Source: a virus (lineage: Duplodnaviria; Caudoviricetes). From it: a stretch of 55,612 bases of DNA. Shown here piece after piece: positions 1 to 9,676 of this stretch. Where the stretch lies: positions 1-55,612 of IMG/VR virus record IMGVR_UViG_3300031576_000053; one strand, 5' to 3'. Within the stretch, counting starts at the first letter, position 1, and each line of letters starts with the position of its first letter. The notes under the pieces are model-generated. The model worked only from the letters and a program-made list of their open reading frames with translations. It searched no databases and was not told where the DNA came from. The translations under genes were made by a program, and so were the position numbers.

Positions 1-233
1 CAAGATTCAGCTCGTCAGAATCTTCACGCGCTCCGAGTATTGCCACGTCGGCATCGCTTGGGTGGTCGGCGGGCGCGTGTTCGCCCTGGAGGCCGTGCAG
101 ACCGGCGTGCGGATTTTCCCGCTTTCGCGTCTGCTGCCGTTTTACTGGCTTTCGCTGCGCGTCAAGTGGGAGCTAGAGGTCGAGGCGTGGGCGCTTCGCC
201 AAATCGGCGAGCCCTATTCAACCTGGCAGGCGA
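1..233. repeat. Terminal direct repeat, left copy (circular overlap)
   Basis: 1-233 matches 55380-55612 except at positions 84, 85, 102 and 106. Confidence 0.95.
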
Positions 234-409
234 TTCTCGCCGGGTTCGGCCTGCTACGAGCTGGCGAGGACGCGATCTGGCAGTGCGCCGAGTACGCACA
301 GGAGGTGCTAGCGCGGGCCGAGTTCAAGCTGGAGGGCTCGGCTACCCCGTCAAACCTCGTGCGCACGGCGAAGGCGCGTGGCGCGGTTGAGTATTACGTG
401 GAGGCTTGA
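1..409 (+). CDS. 3' part of a permuted papain-like NlpC/P60 (YiiX/YebB-like) protein that spans the circular junction
   Basis: Continues the frame that starts at 55294; order GDLL..YCHVGI..LEA..G..PY..WQCAE puts His before Cys, as in permuted NlpC/P60. Confidence 0.7.
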   Translation, partial: KIQLVRIFTRSEYCHVGIAWVVGGRVFALEAVQTGVRIFPLSRLLPFYWLSLRVKWELEVEAWALRQIGEPYSTWQAILAGFGLLRAGEDAIWQCAEYAQEVLARAEFKLEGSATPSNLVRTAKARGAVEYYVEA

Positions 410-738
410 TGGCACATATTGACGAAGAAAAACGTCATTGGCACATCGGCAAAGAGATCCCCGTTGCGGTGATCATCATGCTGGCGGTGCAGACGGTCGC
501 GTTCATAGTCTGGATCGCAGGCTTGGCAAAGACGGTGGAGCACCAGCAGCTCGCGATCACCAAGATTGAGGTCACACTCAAAGAACTGTCCATGTCGATG
601 TCGAATCCGATGGTGCCGATCAACACAGCGAACATCGTCGCGCTGGAGAAGAAAGTGGTGGCTCTAGAAGCGCGGCTGGATTTTGTCCAAAAAATTCAGG
701 CCGAGCGCACCCCATTCATCCCAAGAAGGACACAGTGA
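406..738 (+). CDS. Membrane protein with one TM helix and a coiled coil (holin/antiholin-like)
   Basis: Hydrophobic IPVAVIIMLAVQTVAFIVWIAGL; first gene of the lysis cassette; overlaps its neighbours. Confidence 0.55.
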   Translation: MMAHIDEEKRHWHIGKEIPVAVIIMLAVQTVAFIVWIAGLAKTVEHQQLAITKIEVTLKELSMSMSNPMVPINTANIVALEKKVVALEARLDFVQKIQAERTPFIPRRTQ

Positions 739-1097
739 TGGAACTCACCGACTGGATGGAGCTGGCGATGGGCGTAGCGTTCGTCGCGTTCGTGCTGGTG
801 ATCGTCGGATCTATCTGGCGGGTACACCGAGACAAGTCCCCCGATAAGCCCAGTCTACTCGACCTGCTGACCGCCACAGATCGCACCGGGCGAGTGCGGT
901 TCGACGCGCGCAAGTGCTGGGAGGCAGGCGCGTTTTTCTGCTCCTCGTGGGCGTTCGTCTACGTCGTAATGACCAAGGCGCTGACCGAGTGGTTCTTCGT
1001 CGGGTACATGGGCGCTTGGGTGCTTGCCCGCGCGCTACGGGATCGCGAGCAACGGTTGGCTAACGGAAATAATAGCAAGCAGGAAGGATCGCCATGA
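735..1097 (+). CDS. Putative holin
   Basis: About 3 hydrophobic segments and a charged C-terminus; directly upstream of the endolysin. Confidence 0.6.
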   Translation: MMELTDWMELAMGVAFVAFVLVIVGSIWRVHRDKSPDKPSLLDLLTATDRTGRVRFDARKCWEAGAFFCSSWAFVYVVMTKALTEWFFVGYMGAWVLARALRDREQRLANGNNSKQEGSP

Positions 1098-1525
1098 TCA
1101 CGCTAGCTCAATACTTCGCTAGCAAGCCGCACGACGCGGGGCACGACGTGTTCGCGGACGAGCTGCTCGGCGCGGTGAATGCGCTGCTCGCCGAGGCGGA
1201 GAGCGCGGGCGTGAAAGTACCGCCTTGCCCGAACACCGGCACGCAAATCAGCGGCTCCAAGGGCGGCTCGGGCGACGGTGGGTTCCGCCTCACGACCGCG
1301 ACCACTGGCGTAGCAACCTCCTCGCACAAGGAAGCGCGCGCCGTGGACGTGTACGACCCGGTGGGAGCGCTCGACGATTGGCTCGACCTGTTCGAGCACG
1401 GCGCTGGCGACAACCACAAGCTAGCCGAGCACGGGCTTTTTCGGGAAGCGCCAAACGCAACGAGCGGCTGGTGTCACCTTTCAATCCGCGCGCCCAAGTC
1501 CGGGCGGCGGACTTTTGTGCCATGA
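1094..1525 (+). CDS. Endolysin, peptidase M15-like Zn peptidase
   Basis: GFR...SSHKEARAVD...GWCHL (SxHxxxxAxD plus distal His); lies between holin and spanins. Confidence 0.75.
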   Translation: MITLAQYFASKPHDAGHDVFADELLGAVNALLAEAESAGVKVPPCPNTGTQISGSKGGSGDGGFRLTTATTGVATSSHKEARAVDVYDPVGALDDWLDLFEHGAGDNHKLAEHGLFREAPNATSGWCHLSIRAPKSGRRTFVP

Positions 1526-1532
1526 TTATGGT

Positions 1533-2009
1533 ATGAACTCATATATTTCTGAGGAGCGAAAAAGGACGTATTACTCTCGACCGCTTGCAGAGAGGTTCTG
1601 GGAGCGCGTTAACAAGACGGATGATTGCTGGCTGTGGACCGGGGTTATTGGAACTCATGGGTATGGCGTTGTTTTCATTTCAAAACGGCCAAAGGCAATT
1701 TTCAATCTTGCCCATCGCGTTTCATGGGAGTTAAGCGCCAGCAAGATCACAGAAGGTATGCAGGTTTTGCACAAGTGTGACGTGCGCGCATGCGTGAACC
1801 CAGATCATCTTTTTCTCGGAACTCAGAAAGACAATATCAAGGACATGATGAAGAAGCGGAGAGGTCCGGGTAAATTAACAGACGAGCAAATTGCTCAAAT
1901 TCGTTCCAGCACAATGCCGTCGCGTACTCTCGCTCCATTTTTCGGAATATCAAAAACCACGATCCTCGACATCAGGGCCGGTAAGACGTGGAAGCATCTC
2001 AACCCGTAG
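1533..2009 (+). CDS. Free-standing HNH homing endonuclease
   Basis: RFWERV..CWLWTG..GYG..AHRVSW..VLHKCDVRACVNPDHLFLGTQKDN plus a C-terminal HTH-like tail; AT-richer than flanks. Confidence 0.9.
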   Translation: MNSYISEERKRTYYSRPLAERFWERVNKTDDCWLWTGVIGTHGYGVVFISKRPKAIFNLAHRVSWELSASKITEGMQVLHKCDVRACVNPDHLFLGTQKDNIKDMMKKRRGPGKLTDEQIAQIRSSTMPSRTLAPFFGISKTTILDIRAGKTWKHLNP

Positions 2010-2017
2010 GAGGCCGC

Positions 2018-2185
2018 ATGGCAGATCCCGATTCGACCGACACGAAGTGGAAGGCCCGCTACGTGGCGAGCGAGATGTGGTTCGATGATCTCATCGCCAT
2101 TCTGCTGCGCTCGCCGTGGAGCCTCGCCCTATTCATCGGCTGGACGGTAGCGGCGGTGTTCTTCGGCTTTTGGGTAGCGCGGTGA
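2018..2185 (+). CDS. Small membrane protein in the lysis cassette
   Basis: AGGAGG RBS before ATG 2018; C-terminal TM helix; GTGA overlap with the next gene. Confidence 0.55.
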   Translation: MADPDSTDTKWKARYVASEMWFDDLIAILLRSPWSLALFIGWTVAAVFFGFWVAR

Positions 2186-2517
2186 TCTACGTCATCCTGA
2201 GCCTGGTGGTCGCGCTCGGTCTCTCGGGTGGCTACGGCTGGTATCAGGGCGAGAAGCGCGAACTCGCCGAGGCGAAGGTAACGACGCTGGAAGCGCAGAT
2301 AGGCCGTCAGAACGACGCCGTGGCGGCGACCAAGGCCGAGGGGGACCGCAGGGTAGCCGCCGCCACGAAGGGCGTAGCGGCCTCCGCAGCGGTCACGCAA
2401 GCGATGCTCGGCGAGGCGGCGCGGCTACGCAAGGAACTCGAATCAGGCATCCCCGTGGGGACCGACTGCCCCGCGGGCGCGGCAGTGGCGCAGGTCAGGC
2501 GGGGGCTGCGACCATGA
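2182..2517 (+). CDS. Rz-like inner-membrane spanin
   Basis: GTG start; N-terminal TM anchor followed by an Ala-rich coiled coil. Confidence 0.7.
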   Translation: MIYVILSLVVALGLSGGYGWYQGEKRELAEAKVTTLEAQIGRQNDAVAATKAEGDRRVAAATKGVAASAAVTQAMLGEAARLRKELESGIPVGTDCPAGAAVAQVRRGLRP

Positions 2518-2762
2518 GGCTCATCGCGCTGCTGCTCTGCCTCGCGCTCCAAGGCTGCGCGAGCGGCGCGCTGCGGGAGATCCTGTTCCCCACTCCGGTA
2601 GCCTGCGCGCCGAAGGATTCCCCCGCGCCGCCCAAGACCGTGAGCGATGCGCTGCTCGGGAAGATGGACGACTACCACCTAGTGCTGGTGATCGCTGCGG
2701 AGCGGCTGGAGTTGATCGACTACGCGGGGAAGGCCGACGCGATTATCTCTGCCTGCAAGTGA
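2514..2762 (+). CDS. Rz1-like outer-membrane lipoprotein spanin
   Basis: Lipobox LALQGC followed by a Pro-rich segment. Confidence 0.75.
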   Translation: MRLIALLLCLALQGCASGALREILFPTPVACAPKDSPAPPKTVSDALLGKMDDYHLVLVIAAERLELIDYAGKADAIISACK

Positions 2763-3125
2763 GTTCTTCCCACGGCTTGTAGGGGTCGTAGCCTGGGCGG
2801 TGCGTTGCAGTACGTAGAGCCAATTGTAGGCTTCGGCGTAATCCTCTTTCAGCATGGCGTTGCGACACGCTAGGATGCACTCGGCCTGCGCGGTGGTGAA
2901 GGAGCGCTGCTCGGCCGTAGCCTCCGCGGTAAAGCTGGCTGGCCGCAATGGATAGTGGTCAATATCTACTTCGGCAGAAGCGCCGCGCAGGTAGTCCGCC
3001 GCCATGTCAGCAACGTTGCTGGTGCGCGAGAAGTCCTCTAGCTTGTCTGCACTCGCGGCTTCGACTAATTTACGCAGAATCGTTTCGGTGGTTTGTAGGC
3101 GCTTCAGTGCATCGTCAGTGGTCAT
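2679..3125 (-). CDS. Hypothetical protein, last early gene (possible frameshift near 2810)
   Basis: Coupled to the upstream gene; an alternative frame reads GYDPYKPWEEL and would stop at 2743. Confidence 0.45.
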   Translation of the reverse strand: MTTDDALKRLQTTETILRKLVEAASADKLEDFSRTSNVADMAADYLRGASAEVDIDHYPLRPASFTAEATAEQRSFTTAQAECILACRNAMLKEDYAEAYNWLYVLQRTAQATTPTSRGKNSLAGRDNRVGLPRVVDQLQPLRSDHQH

Positions 3126-3480
3126 GGTTTCGCAGCAAAGGCAGTTGACCCGCTGCGGCTATTGCCGCCATGCGTGTTTTTCGGCGCGATTCTCTATGGT
3201 GCTCGATGTCATATCTGAGGTGACAACGGTTACACATCGCTTTCAGGTTCTCCGGGCGGCAGTCCATCGGTGTGTGGTTAAGGTGCGCGACTGTAAGGAC
3301 GATCTTCCCCTTGGCCCACTTCGCCGGCTCGCCGTTGCGCTCGACGCAGCGCCGCGGACCGGGGTGAGTGCGATGCAGCCCGCACTCCCCCTCGCACTCG
3401 CAGCGCCCGCCTGAGCGGTCCCGGATGGCCATGCTGATGGCCTTCCAGTCCTTCGGGTATTTGCCGTAGTCAACCGGCAT
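3115..3480 (-). CDS. HNH endonuclease-family protein
   Basis: YPKDWKAIS..RCEC..VLTVAHLNH..ENLKAMCNRCHLRYD. Confidence 0.8.
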   Translation of the reverse strand: MPVDYGKYPKDWKAISMAIRDRSGGRCECEGECGLHRTHPGPRRCVERNGEPAKWAKGKIVLTVAHLNHTPMDCRPENLKAMCNRCHLRYDIEHHRESRRKTRMAAIAAAGQLPLLRNHDH

Positions 3481-3871
3481 CCTTAGTCCCCTCGTCTGTC
3501 GGCACGCCCGGGACCACAAAGAATCCGAGCTGGCCCTTCCACGGGCGGAACGGCAGCGGCTTGGCGTCCGTCAGGACGAACCCGTACTTCCCGAAAAACC
3601 ACTTCGATTCGGTCTTGCTAACGCAGTTGATCAGCACCGCCGAACCGACGATCCCGCCGCGCTCCAGGGACTCGAAGGGCGGCAGCATGATGTCCTGGCC
3701 AACGTAGTCGATGGTGTCCACTGCGCCCTCGTATCCGGCGCGGCTCATGCCTTTGCCGGCGTGGACAAGGAAGCGCCCGCGCCGCCCGGTAATCCAATCG
3801 CGGTTCTCGATGTCCTTGTAGCCGTTGACGATGAGCCACGCCCACGGCTGGCGGATGGATAGGGCGATCAT
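3470..3871 (-). CDS. ASCH domain protein
   Basis: ALSIRQPWAWLIVNGYKDIENRDW...RGRFLVHA...GGIVG...KGQLGFF. Confidence 0.9.
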   Translation of the reverse strand: MIALSIRQPWAWLIVNGYKDIENRDWITGRRGRFLVHAGKGMSRAGYEGAVDTIDYVGQDIMLPPFESLERGGIVGSAVLINCVSKTESKWFFGKYGFVLTDAKPLPFRPWKGQLGFFVVPGVPTDEGTKDAG

Positions 3872-5301
3872 TTCTGAGCGTCCCCGCCGTCCATCGCCGC
3901 GTCGATTGCGGCGTCCACTTCCGCGTCGGCGGGTGGTGTGGTTGATGAATCGAGCAGTTCTCCCCAAGCACGCCATAGGGCAACAGTTGGCACCATAACG
4001 CCATCAATTTCAAACTCGTTTAGATTCCAGTCCACGGCAACACTTGCAAGTTGAACGGCTTGCTTCAGTGCGGCGTGAAGTGCTTTTATTTCCTTGCTCA
4101 TCGTGGTTTCCTTCGCGTCGGCTGGTAGTGTTGCGGACTGAGCGAAAAGCGGCGTCCAAAGAACACGCACGGCATCATCCAGCGTGAGCCATTGAGCGTG
4201 CTGCTCAGATTCAACGTCCTCCGGTTCTGCTGGGAGATGCGATAGCACAAGCTGCCACGCAGCGCGAATAGCCGACTGCCGCGTAGAGGTTGGTGCCGCG
4301 CCAGCAGGCTCGGTATCAGATATTGCCTCTTTGCGACGCGATGTTGCTGCGTGGGCATTAGGCGCTTCCGTTCTGCCAGCCTGCGGCGCGACGTGAGAGG
4401 AAACCGGAGTCGCTGTTTCATCGGCACGGTAGCGAATGTCGAACGACGACCAATGGGTGCCATCCTCAGCCTCGTACCACGGTTCACCATAAATCTTTCC
4501 TATATCTTGGAGAACCTTCCCGCGCTCTTTGTAATTACCGCCATGGAGCCAGCCTGTTCCCCACAACTTTACCGTAGACACCTGCGGTGCACTCGGAAGA
4601 TCACTACCCTTCGGCCCTCCGCTAGCCGGGATACCGGCGAGCATATTTCGCATCTCACGTAAGCGAGCAAGCCATTCTTGACTGTTCGGGTTGACCTTCA
4701 CTCCTTCATAGATTTCTAGCAGGCTAATCGCCCAATCCAGAATCTCGCGCGTCGGGCCCGTGTTGGCTGTTATACTCCAACCTATTTGTGCGACGTTGCG
4801 CATGAACTCGACGCTCTTAGACGGGATACGCCCGGTTAGAATGTCATTGCAGACGCGGTCAATTGCTGACCGCGTCTCCAGCGCCGCATCGCGCTTCCCT
4901 TCTTCTAGCTTGCGATATTCTTCCCTGAGAACCATGTAGGGCGTGTTTTCAGGAATAGGCAGAAAACTATCCGCCCTCGGCGTCTGGCTGGAGGGTGCAG
5001 CAGGAGCAGACACCAAGTCCTCGCTGGAATGAGTACCAGCTCTTGGGGGCATCTGTCCCGCTGCATTGCCTTCGCCGTGCCGTCTATCCCACTCAAGCTG
5101 CTCCAGCGCCGCGGCTTCCTTCATCAAGCTGGCGTCGGATAGTTTGCGCGCTTCGTCACGCTGCTGCTCAAGCTGCTCGATAATCTCGGCGGCGGCGTAC
5201 TCGTCAGAACCTCTCGGCCTGCTTCTCCAGACCGCGATCAGATCGTCGCCCTGTTCGTCCTTTACACGCCACCTCGGTGTCTGGCTGGCTTTGTCGGTCA
5301 T
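3868..5301 (-). CDS. Hypothetical mosaic protein (477 aa)
   Basis: Long ORF with ATGA coupling at both ends; small helical modules joined by P/A/S linkers (SQTPR occurs twice). Confidence 0.55.
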   Translation of the reverse strand: MTDKASQTPRWRVKDEQGDDLIAVWRSRPRGSDEYAAAEIIEQLEQQRDEARKLSDASLMKEAAALEQLEWDRRHGEGNAAGQMPPRAGTHSSEDLVSAPAAPSSQTPRADSFLPIPENTPYMVLREEYRKLEEGKRDAALETRSAIDRVCNDILTGRIPSKSVEFMRNVAQIGWSITANTGPTREILDWAISLLEIYEGVKVNPNSQEWLARLREMRNMLAGIPASGGPKGSDLPSAPQVSTVKLWGTGWLHGGNYKERGKVLQDIGKIYGEPWYEAEDGTHWSSFDIRYRADETATPVSSHVAPQAGRTEAPNAHAATSRRKEAISDTEPAGAAPTSTRQSAIRAAWQLVLSHLPAEPEDVESEQHAQWLTLDDAVRVLWTPLFAQSATLPADAKETTMSKEIKALHAALKQAVQLASVAVDWNLNEFEIDGVMVPTVALWRAWGELLDSSTTPPADAEVDAAIDAAMDGGDAQK

Positions 5302-5585
5302 GGCTTTACCTGTGTCCAGACTAATTCGGTCTTAGGTTCCAAGATGAATTTCTGTTCCTTGAGGATTCCGGTTGCCTTTGGCATGAGAATCTTGTGGAAG
5401 CAAACCACGATCTGCTTGGCGGCAATCTTCGATAGCCCGATTTTTGTGACTTTCCCCTCGGCATTGGTCAGGCGCAAGCCGTAGTGATTCTTCCGAAAGT
5501 GAATGCACTCCACCTTCCGATTTTCGTCCTGATATACGGCCACGTCCAGCACGGCCAACTTCTTATGGTGAGTTGTAAAGGTCAT
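5298..5585 (-). CDS. Hypothetical protein
   Basis: AAGGAG RBS; coupled overlaps. Confidence 0.55.
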   Translation of the reverse strand: MTFTTHHKKLAVLDVAVYQDENRKVECIHFRKNHYGLRLTNAEGKVTKIGLSKIAAKQIVVCFHKILMPKATGILKEQKFILEPKTELVWTQVKP

Positions 5586-5779
5586 GGTTTGAGTCTCCTT
5601 GCGGCGCCGGCCCATGCAGCGCGTTCTGTCTTAGCTCCTCCCAGGAACTCCCAATCCCTTGCATCAGCATGAATTTGGACTTTGTTCGGATACTGAATAA
5701 AAGTGGCGTCCGGGTAGACTGCCAGCACTTTTTCCTTCGCCGTTCTCCTGCGCTTGGGCGAGCGAGTCACGCGACGCAT
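5582..5779 (-). CDS. Hypothetical protein
   Basis: Coupled overlaps within the early operon. Confidence 0.5.
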   Translation of the reverse strand: MRRVTRSPKRRRTAKEKVLAVYPDATFIQYPNKVQIHADARDWEFLGGAKTERAAWAGAARRLKP

Positions 5780-6120
5780 CAGAGATCTCCCGGCTTACGA
5801 TCCAGTAGCTCAATCAACGCTTCTCGGTCAGTCAGCTTCATTAGACGTTCGACGAACTCGATGCGCCACTTTGGAACACCCTGAGAGCAGAACTCGTGCT
5901 GCACAGCCCAACGCACCATACCCTCGGCATACTGGCTGATGTCCTGGCCCATATTGAACGTGAGCGCCTTAAGATAAAGCGCGAGTTTCGAGTTGACCCG
6001 CATGACAAGATACACGTCGCTGCTTTTCGATTTCTGCGCGAGTTCGACGCCGCGAAAGCGCCAGTCTTTGATGTTTGCTTCTTTGCGCTTCTCGGGCGAA
6101 ATGATCGTGCGACAAGTCAT
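5779..6120 (-). CDS. Hypothetical protein
   Basis: Coupled overlaps within the early operon. Confidence 0.5.
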   Translation of the reverse strand: MTCRTIISPEKRKEANIKDWRFRGVELAQKSKSSDVYLVMRVNSKLALYLKALTFNMGQDISQYAEGMVRWAVQHEFCSQGVPKWRIEFVERLMKLTDREALIELLDRKPGDL

Positions 6121-6407
6121 CCCTTCTCTCCTATCCCGAACGCGGCGCGGATGGCTTTTGGCAATTCACTGCGACATACTCCAGCAACCTTATTGGCCCA
6201 ACCACCGTCCCAAGCATCTACACGATCCATGTTACGCGCAGACAACGGCCACTTGACACAAATCTCTGCGCAACGTTCCGTCGTTTCCTGCACGGCAAGC
6301 AGGGCGATGCGGGCGGTGAATTCGTTACGCCTTTCGATCCGTCCGTCTATTGCAATCCACTGCCGCCCCGCCTCAATCGCAGCGCGGGTTTTGGGAGGGA
6401 GGATCAT
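6117..6407 (-). CDS. Hypothetical protein
   Basis: ATGA overlap at 6404-6407; ERCAEIC motif common in small phage proteins. Confidence 0.55.
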   Translation of the reverse strand: MILPPKTRAAIEAGRQWIAIDGRIERRNEFTARIALLAVQETTERCAEICVKWPLSARNMDRVDAWDGGWANKVAGVCRSELPKAIRAAFGIGEKG

Positions 6408-6769
6408 GGGTTCCTGTGCTTGCAGGCCATGTGCCGCGCGATGTTCTGGAACGTCCGATTGCATTCGGGGCAAACGCCGCGCTTGACGCGCTTTAGTTTG
6501 CGTTCGACTTTTTCCTTGGCGGCACGTTCCTCGTTCTCCCGCGCGAGCGTCCGCGCATGTCGCCGCTGCTCCTCCTTTAACAAACGCGCATATTTATCGG
6601 CCTGAGTTTCCGATGGGAAGTACTGCCTGTGACCGTTCGGACACCAGAAGTCACGATGATCTTTTAAGCACTCTGTATAGTGCGATTGTTCCATCGCAAC
6701 TACGCAGCCACAGTTATAGCAGCGGGTGGTTTCAATATTCAACACAGTTGCCAATGAAAATATGCTCAT
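6404..6769 (-). CDS. Zinc-finger and coiled-coil protein
   Basis: CYNC..WCPNGH, then coiled coil, then C2H2-like CPECNRTFQNIARHMACKH. Confidence 0.7.
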   Translation of the reverse strand: MSIFSLATVLNIETTRCYNCGCVVAMEQSHYTECLKDHRDFWCPNGHRQYFPSETQADKYARLLKEEQRRHARTLARENEERAAKEKVERKLKRVKRGVCPECNRTFQNIARHMACKHRNP

Positions 6770-6830
6770 GGTGAAAGTCTCCGTGGAGGGCGCTGGCCCG
6801 GTACATGGCGGCGGTCAGTCATGGCTGCGC

Positions 6831-7370
6831 TCACTCTGTTCTCCCGATTGATTTCTTGAACTTACGAGACAGATATACGGCCTTGCTGTTCAGCCACGCC
6901 TTCGGTAGTCGTACTGACCCATAACCCCTTAAGAGACGCAAGGCGAGGTCGTCATGGCACGCGCACAATTCCGAGTTGTCCTTCCATCGCTTCTCTGCTG
7001 CGGCCTTTCTCGCCAGCTTGTAAAGCCACGTAAGAGCCAACAACAAACTTTTCTTGTTCCCTTTGCTACGGTGTAGGGCTTTGTCAGTGTGGTGCTTATC
7101 TCGGTTGCGCCAGCCGGCTATGGTTCTGACGTTCGCCGTGCCGAAGAAACTGCGAGTCATAGAAGATTGTCGCTCAAGCGAATCTCGACGCACTACGGAC
7201 GCGATGCACCGCTTGCAGACGCGGTACGGTTTCTCATCCTTGAACCGCTCTCGAACGCCAAGCTGCTTGTAGCGTTTCGAGCCGAGGTCGATCCGGTGAA
7301 TGCTGTCGTCGTGGTGCTTGGCAGAGCAAAGGGCCAAGTAGCCGATGTGCCTGATTGGGAGCCGTTTCAT
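6831..7370 (-). CDS. Hypothetical basic protein
   Basis: ATG 7370 overlaps the upstream stop; K/R-rich. Confidence 0.45.
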   Translation of the reverse strand: MKRLPIRHIGYLALCSAKHHDDSIHRIDLGSKRYKQLGVRERFKDEKPYRVCKRCIASVVRRDSLERQSSMTRSFFGTANVRTIAGWRNRDKHHTDKALHRSKGNKKSLLLALTWLYKLARKAAAEKRWKDNSELCACHDDLALRLLRGYGSVRLPKAWLNSKAVYLSRKFKKSIGRTE

Positions 7371-7666
7371 CGTTCGTCCTTGTTGCTGTCGTCTGTCGGT
7401 ACGTTGTGTGGAACGGGATCGCGCTCCGTGACGCTCAATACGCGCCTCGGAATGCAGACGATAATCCACCGCCCGCCGTCCGCCTGCTTCGCCAGCACGT
7501 CCATGCCTTTCGCGCTGCATCGCTTCGACCAGATCGGTGCAGGCTCGGCGGCTGACGCGGCCTTGCGCTCCTTGGCGGCGCCAACCTTGTCGTTGTAGCC
7601 CACCATCGTCCCGACGAAAAGATAGGCGAGGCAGAGGAAGGCGGCGATCAGCGCGGTGCGGATCAT
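7367..7666 (-). CDS. Membrane-anchored small protein (paralog of 12447-12754)
   Basis: N-terminal TM; PAP..C..AKQADGGRWIIVC. Confidence 0.6.
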   Translation of the reverse strand: MIRTALIAAFLCLAYLFVGTMVGYNDKVGAAKERKAASAAEPAPIWSKRCSAKGMDVLAKQADGGRWIIVCIPRRVLSVTERDPVPHNVPTDDSNKDER

Positions 7667-8922
7667 TTAACCTCCGCGAACAGCGGGGCATCTGAGGCAA
7701 TCCGTCTGCGCGCGATCTCGCAATACTCCGGGTCTATCTCGATGCCGACGGCCGAGAAGCCTTCCAACTCGGCGGCTTTGAGCGTCGAGCCGCTGCCCAT
7801 GAACGGGTCAAGAACCGTGCCGCCCTTTGGCGTCACCAGCCTGCAGAGGTAGCGCATCAGGTCTGTGGGCTTCACGGTCGGATGGTAGTTGCGGTTGCTG
7901 CGGTTGCTGCGGTTGCGCGGGTTGTCGCCACCTGGACCGTCAGACTTCACGCGGTCGGCGTCCCGCTTCGGCTCAAAATGGCGCAACCCGTCCTCGCGGT
8001 CATGCCGGTCGGCCTTGGTGCAGTAGAAGAAGCGTGCCGCGCTGCCAGAATCGCCTTGGAATGTACTTCCTTTTTCGTCTACGTTCCCGGCAAACGCGCC
8101 GTAGGTGGTGCGAAATTTGTCGCTACCACGTCGATACACTGGCGCGGCAGCTCCAGACGGGAATAGCGCAACTACTTCCTCGCTGCCGTCGTGGATCAGG
8201 TTGGCGGGCCAGCGGCCTAGCGCATCACCGCCACGCGGTCCTGGTGTTGCAGAGAAGTTCGTTGCTCCACGATCTGCGTAGGTTTGGAACTCGGTGCGCT
8301 CGCCTTTCCTCTGGCCACCACCAGCAAGCGTTCCTGATCCTCTCGACGTGCAACGACCAGCAGGGAAAGCGGCCAGCCTATCTTCTTCGCTCAAATGCTC
8401 GATACGGCAAGCGTCGATGTTGAGTGCCCCGGCGCCATGCTTGCGCCAGTTCTCCTCGACGGTGCCGATCAGCGGTTTGCGGGCAACGCAGATAGGTTCC
8501 CATGCTGGCTTGAGCGCGGTGCCGCCCCACGGCCCGTTGTGTGACTTCGGAAAACCTGACCCGTAGACCCACATCACCGTATCACGGATCTCCCAGCCCG
8601 CGTCCTCGATTGCCACAGCTAGCCGGTGATAGGTGCGCGTGCCGCCGAAGGCCAGCAGGTAGGCACCTGGCTTGGCGATGCGGAGAGCAGCCTGCCAAAG
8701 CGCGGTCTGGTGCGCTATATCTCCGCCATCCCACGCCTTCCCCATGAAGCCAGTCGTGATCCTAGCGCGACCAGATTCGAGGTTGACCGACGCCTCTCCG
8801 GTGCCGCCCTTCTTGCTAGTGGTTAGGTGGTAGGGCGGGTCGGTCACGATGGCGTCAATGCTGCAGGCGTCCATCGCGGCCATGCCTTCCCGGCAATCTT
8901 GGTTGAGGATGCGGACGGTCAT
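7663..8922 (-). CDS. DNA methyltransferase, N6-adenine/N4-cytosine, beta-type order
   Basis: IVTDPPY near the N-terminus; HPTVKP and VLDPFMGSGST near the C-terminus. Confidence 0.92.
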   Translation of the reverse strand: MTVRILNQDCREGMAAMDACSIDAIVTDPPYHLTTSKKGGTGEASVNLESGRARITTGFMGKAWDGGDIAHQTALWQAALRIAKPGAYLLAFGGTRTYHRLAVAIEDAGWEIRDTVMWVYGSGFPKSHNGPWGGTALKPAWEPICVARKPLIGTVEENWRKHGAGALNIDACRIEHLSEEDRLAAFPAGRCTSRGSGTLAGGGQRKGERTEFQTYADRGATNFSATPGPRGGDALGRWPANLIHDGSEEVVALFPSGAAAPVYRRGSDKFRTTYGAFAGNVDEKGSTFQGDSGSAARFFYCTKADRHDREDGLRHFEPKRDADRVKSDGPGGDNPRNRSNRSNRNYHPTVKPTDLMRYLCRLVTPKGGTVLDPFMGSGSTLKAAELEGFSAVGIEIDPEYCEIARRRIASDAPLFAEVK

Positions 8923-9052
8923 TTATCTATCAGCGCGGCTCATGCGCGCTCCTTTGCCAAGCGCCAGACATTGCGCATGCGCTTGGCTGCGCGTTCGGCG
9001 TCGGCCTTGGCGAACACAGGGTCGGCGTGGACTTTTATTTTGTCGTGGTAAG

Positions 9053-9295
9053 TCATGACCTGAGTGGCCAGTTCGTATACGGGTCCAACGGTCTATAGCC
9101 CGCGTTGATCTTAGCGCGAACCTGATCAACGGCGTTAGCGCAGGCCTCTTTATAACCCAGCTGCGGTTTACCGTTGTGCTTGAGCAACGTGATTGTCTTT
9201 CGCAGCGGCTCGGGTACCAAGCGCCAATGGCCGTGGCACATGAGTCGGTCGGCTAGAGGCGCCGTTGTGCACTCGTGGATTGCGCAGGCGCTCAA
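9053..9295 (-). CDS. Small Cys/His metal-binding protein
   Basis: TTG start overlapping the upstream stop; CAIHEC..LMCHGHWRLVP. Confidence 0.55.
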   Translation of the reverse strand: MSACAIHECTTAPLADRLMCHGHWRLVPEPLRKTITLLKHNGKPQLGYKEACANAVDQVRAKINAGYRPLDPYTNWPLRS

Positions 9296-9603
9296 TGGTG
9301 AATCCGTCCGCGCAAGAATACAGCCAGATCCTCCAGCATCCAGATCAAGAGGCCATATTCGGATTCGCCCGGGGGCCGGTACCGCCGCAGAAAACCGCGC
9401 GTACCTGCGCCGCCTATACGCGGGTGGAACTCGCCGTGGTGGGCGCCGCACATGGGCACCATCGCGAAGGTGCTGCGCAATCCCGAGCCCTCCGCGATGT
9501 GGTGAAGCTCCAAACGCCCAGAGCAGCAGCCGGGGACGCGCGGCGCGATCACGCACGGCAACTGCGCGATGAGTGACTTCCAGGAGGCCTCCGCAACCGT
9601 CAC
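9292..9603 (-). CDS. Ref/DUF968-like HNH-type nuclease
   Basis: LPCV..ELHHI..VPMCGAHH. Confidence 0.6.
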   Translation of the reverse strand: MTVAEASWKSLIAQLPCVIAPRVPGCCSGRLELHHIAEGSGLRSTFAMVPMCGAHHGEFHPRIGGAGTRGFLRRYRPPGESEYGLLIWMLEDLAVFLRGRIHH

Positions 9604-9676
9604 GCCAGCCCGCGCTCCTCGCCGTGTACGCTCACGTTGGCGAGCGGCGTCTTTTGATCCTTGAAGGAGAGGCCCA

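Noticed and set aside
1-233. 233-bp repeat as a biological direct terminal repeat or att site
   Set aside because: It falls mid-gene, and the HNH/P27-terS/HK97 packaging set implies cos ends near 21.1 kb. An assembly overlap is the simpler explanation.
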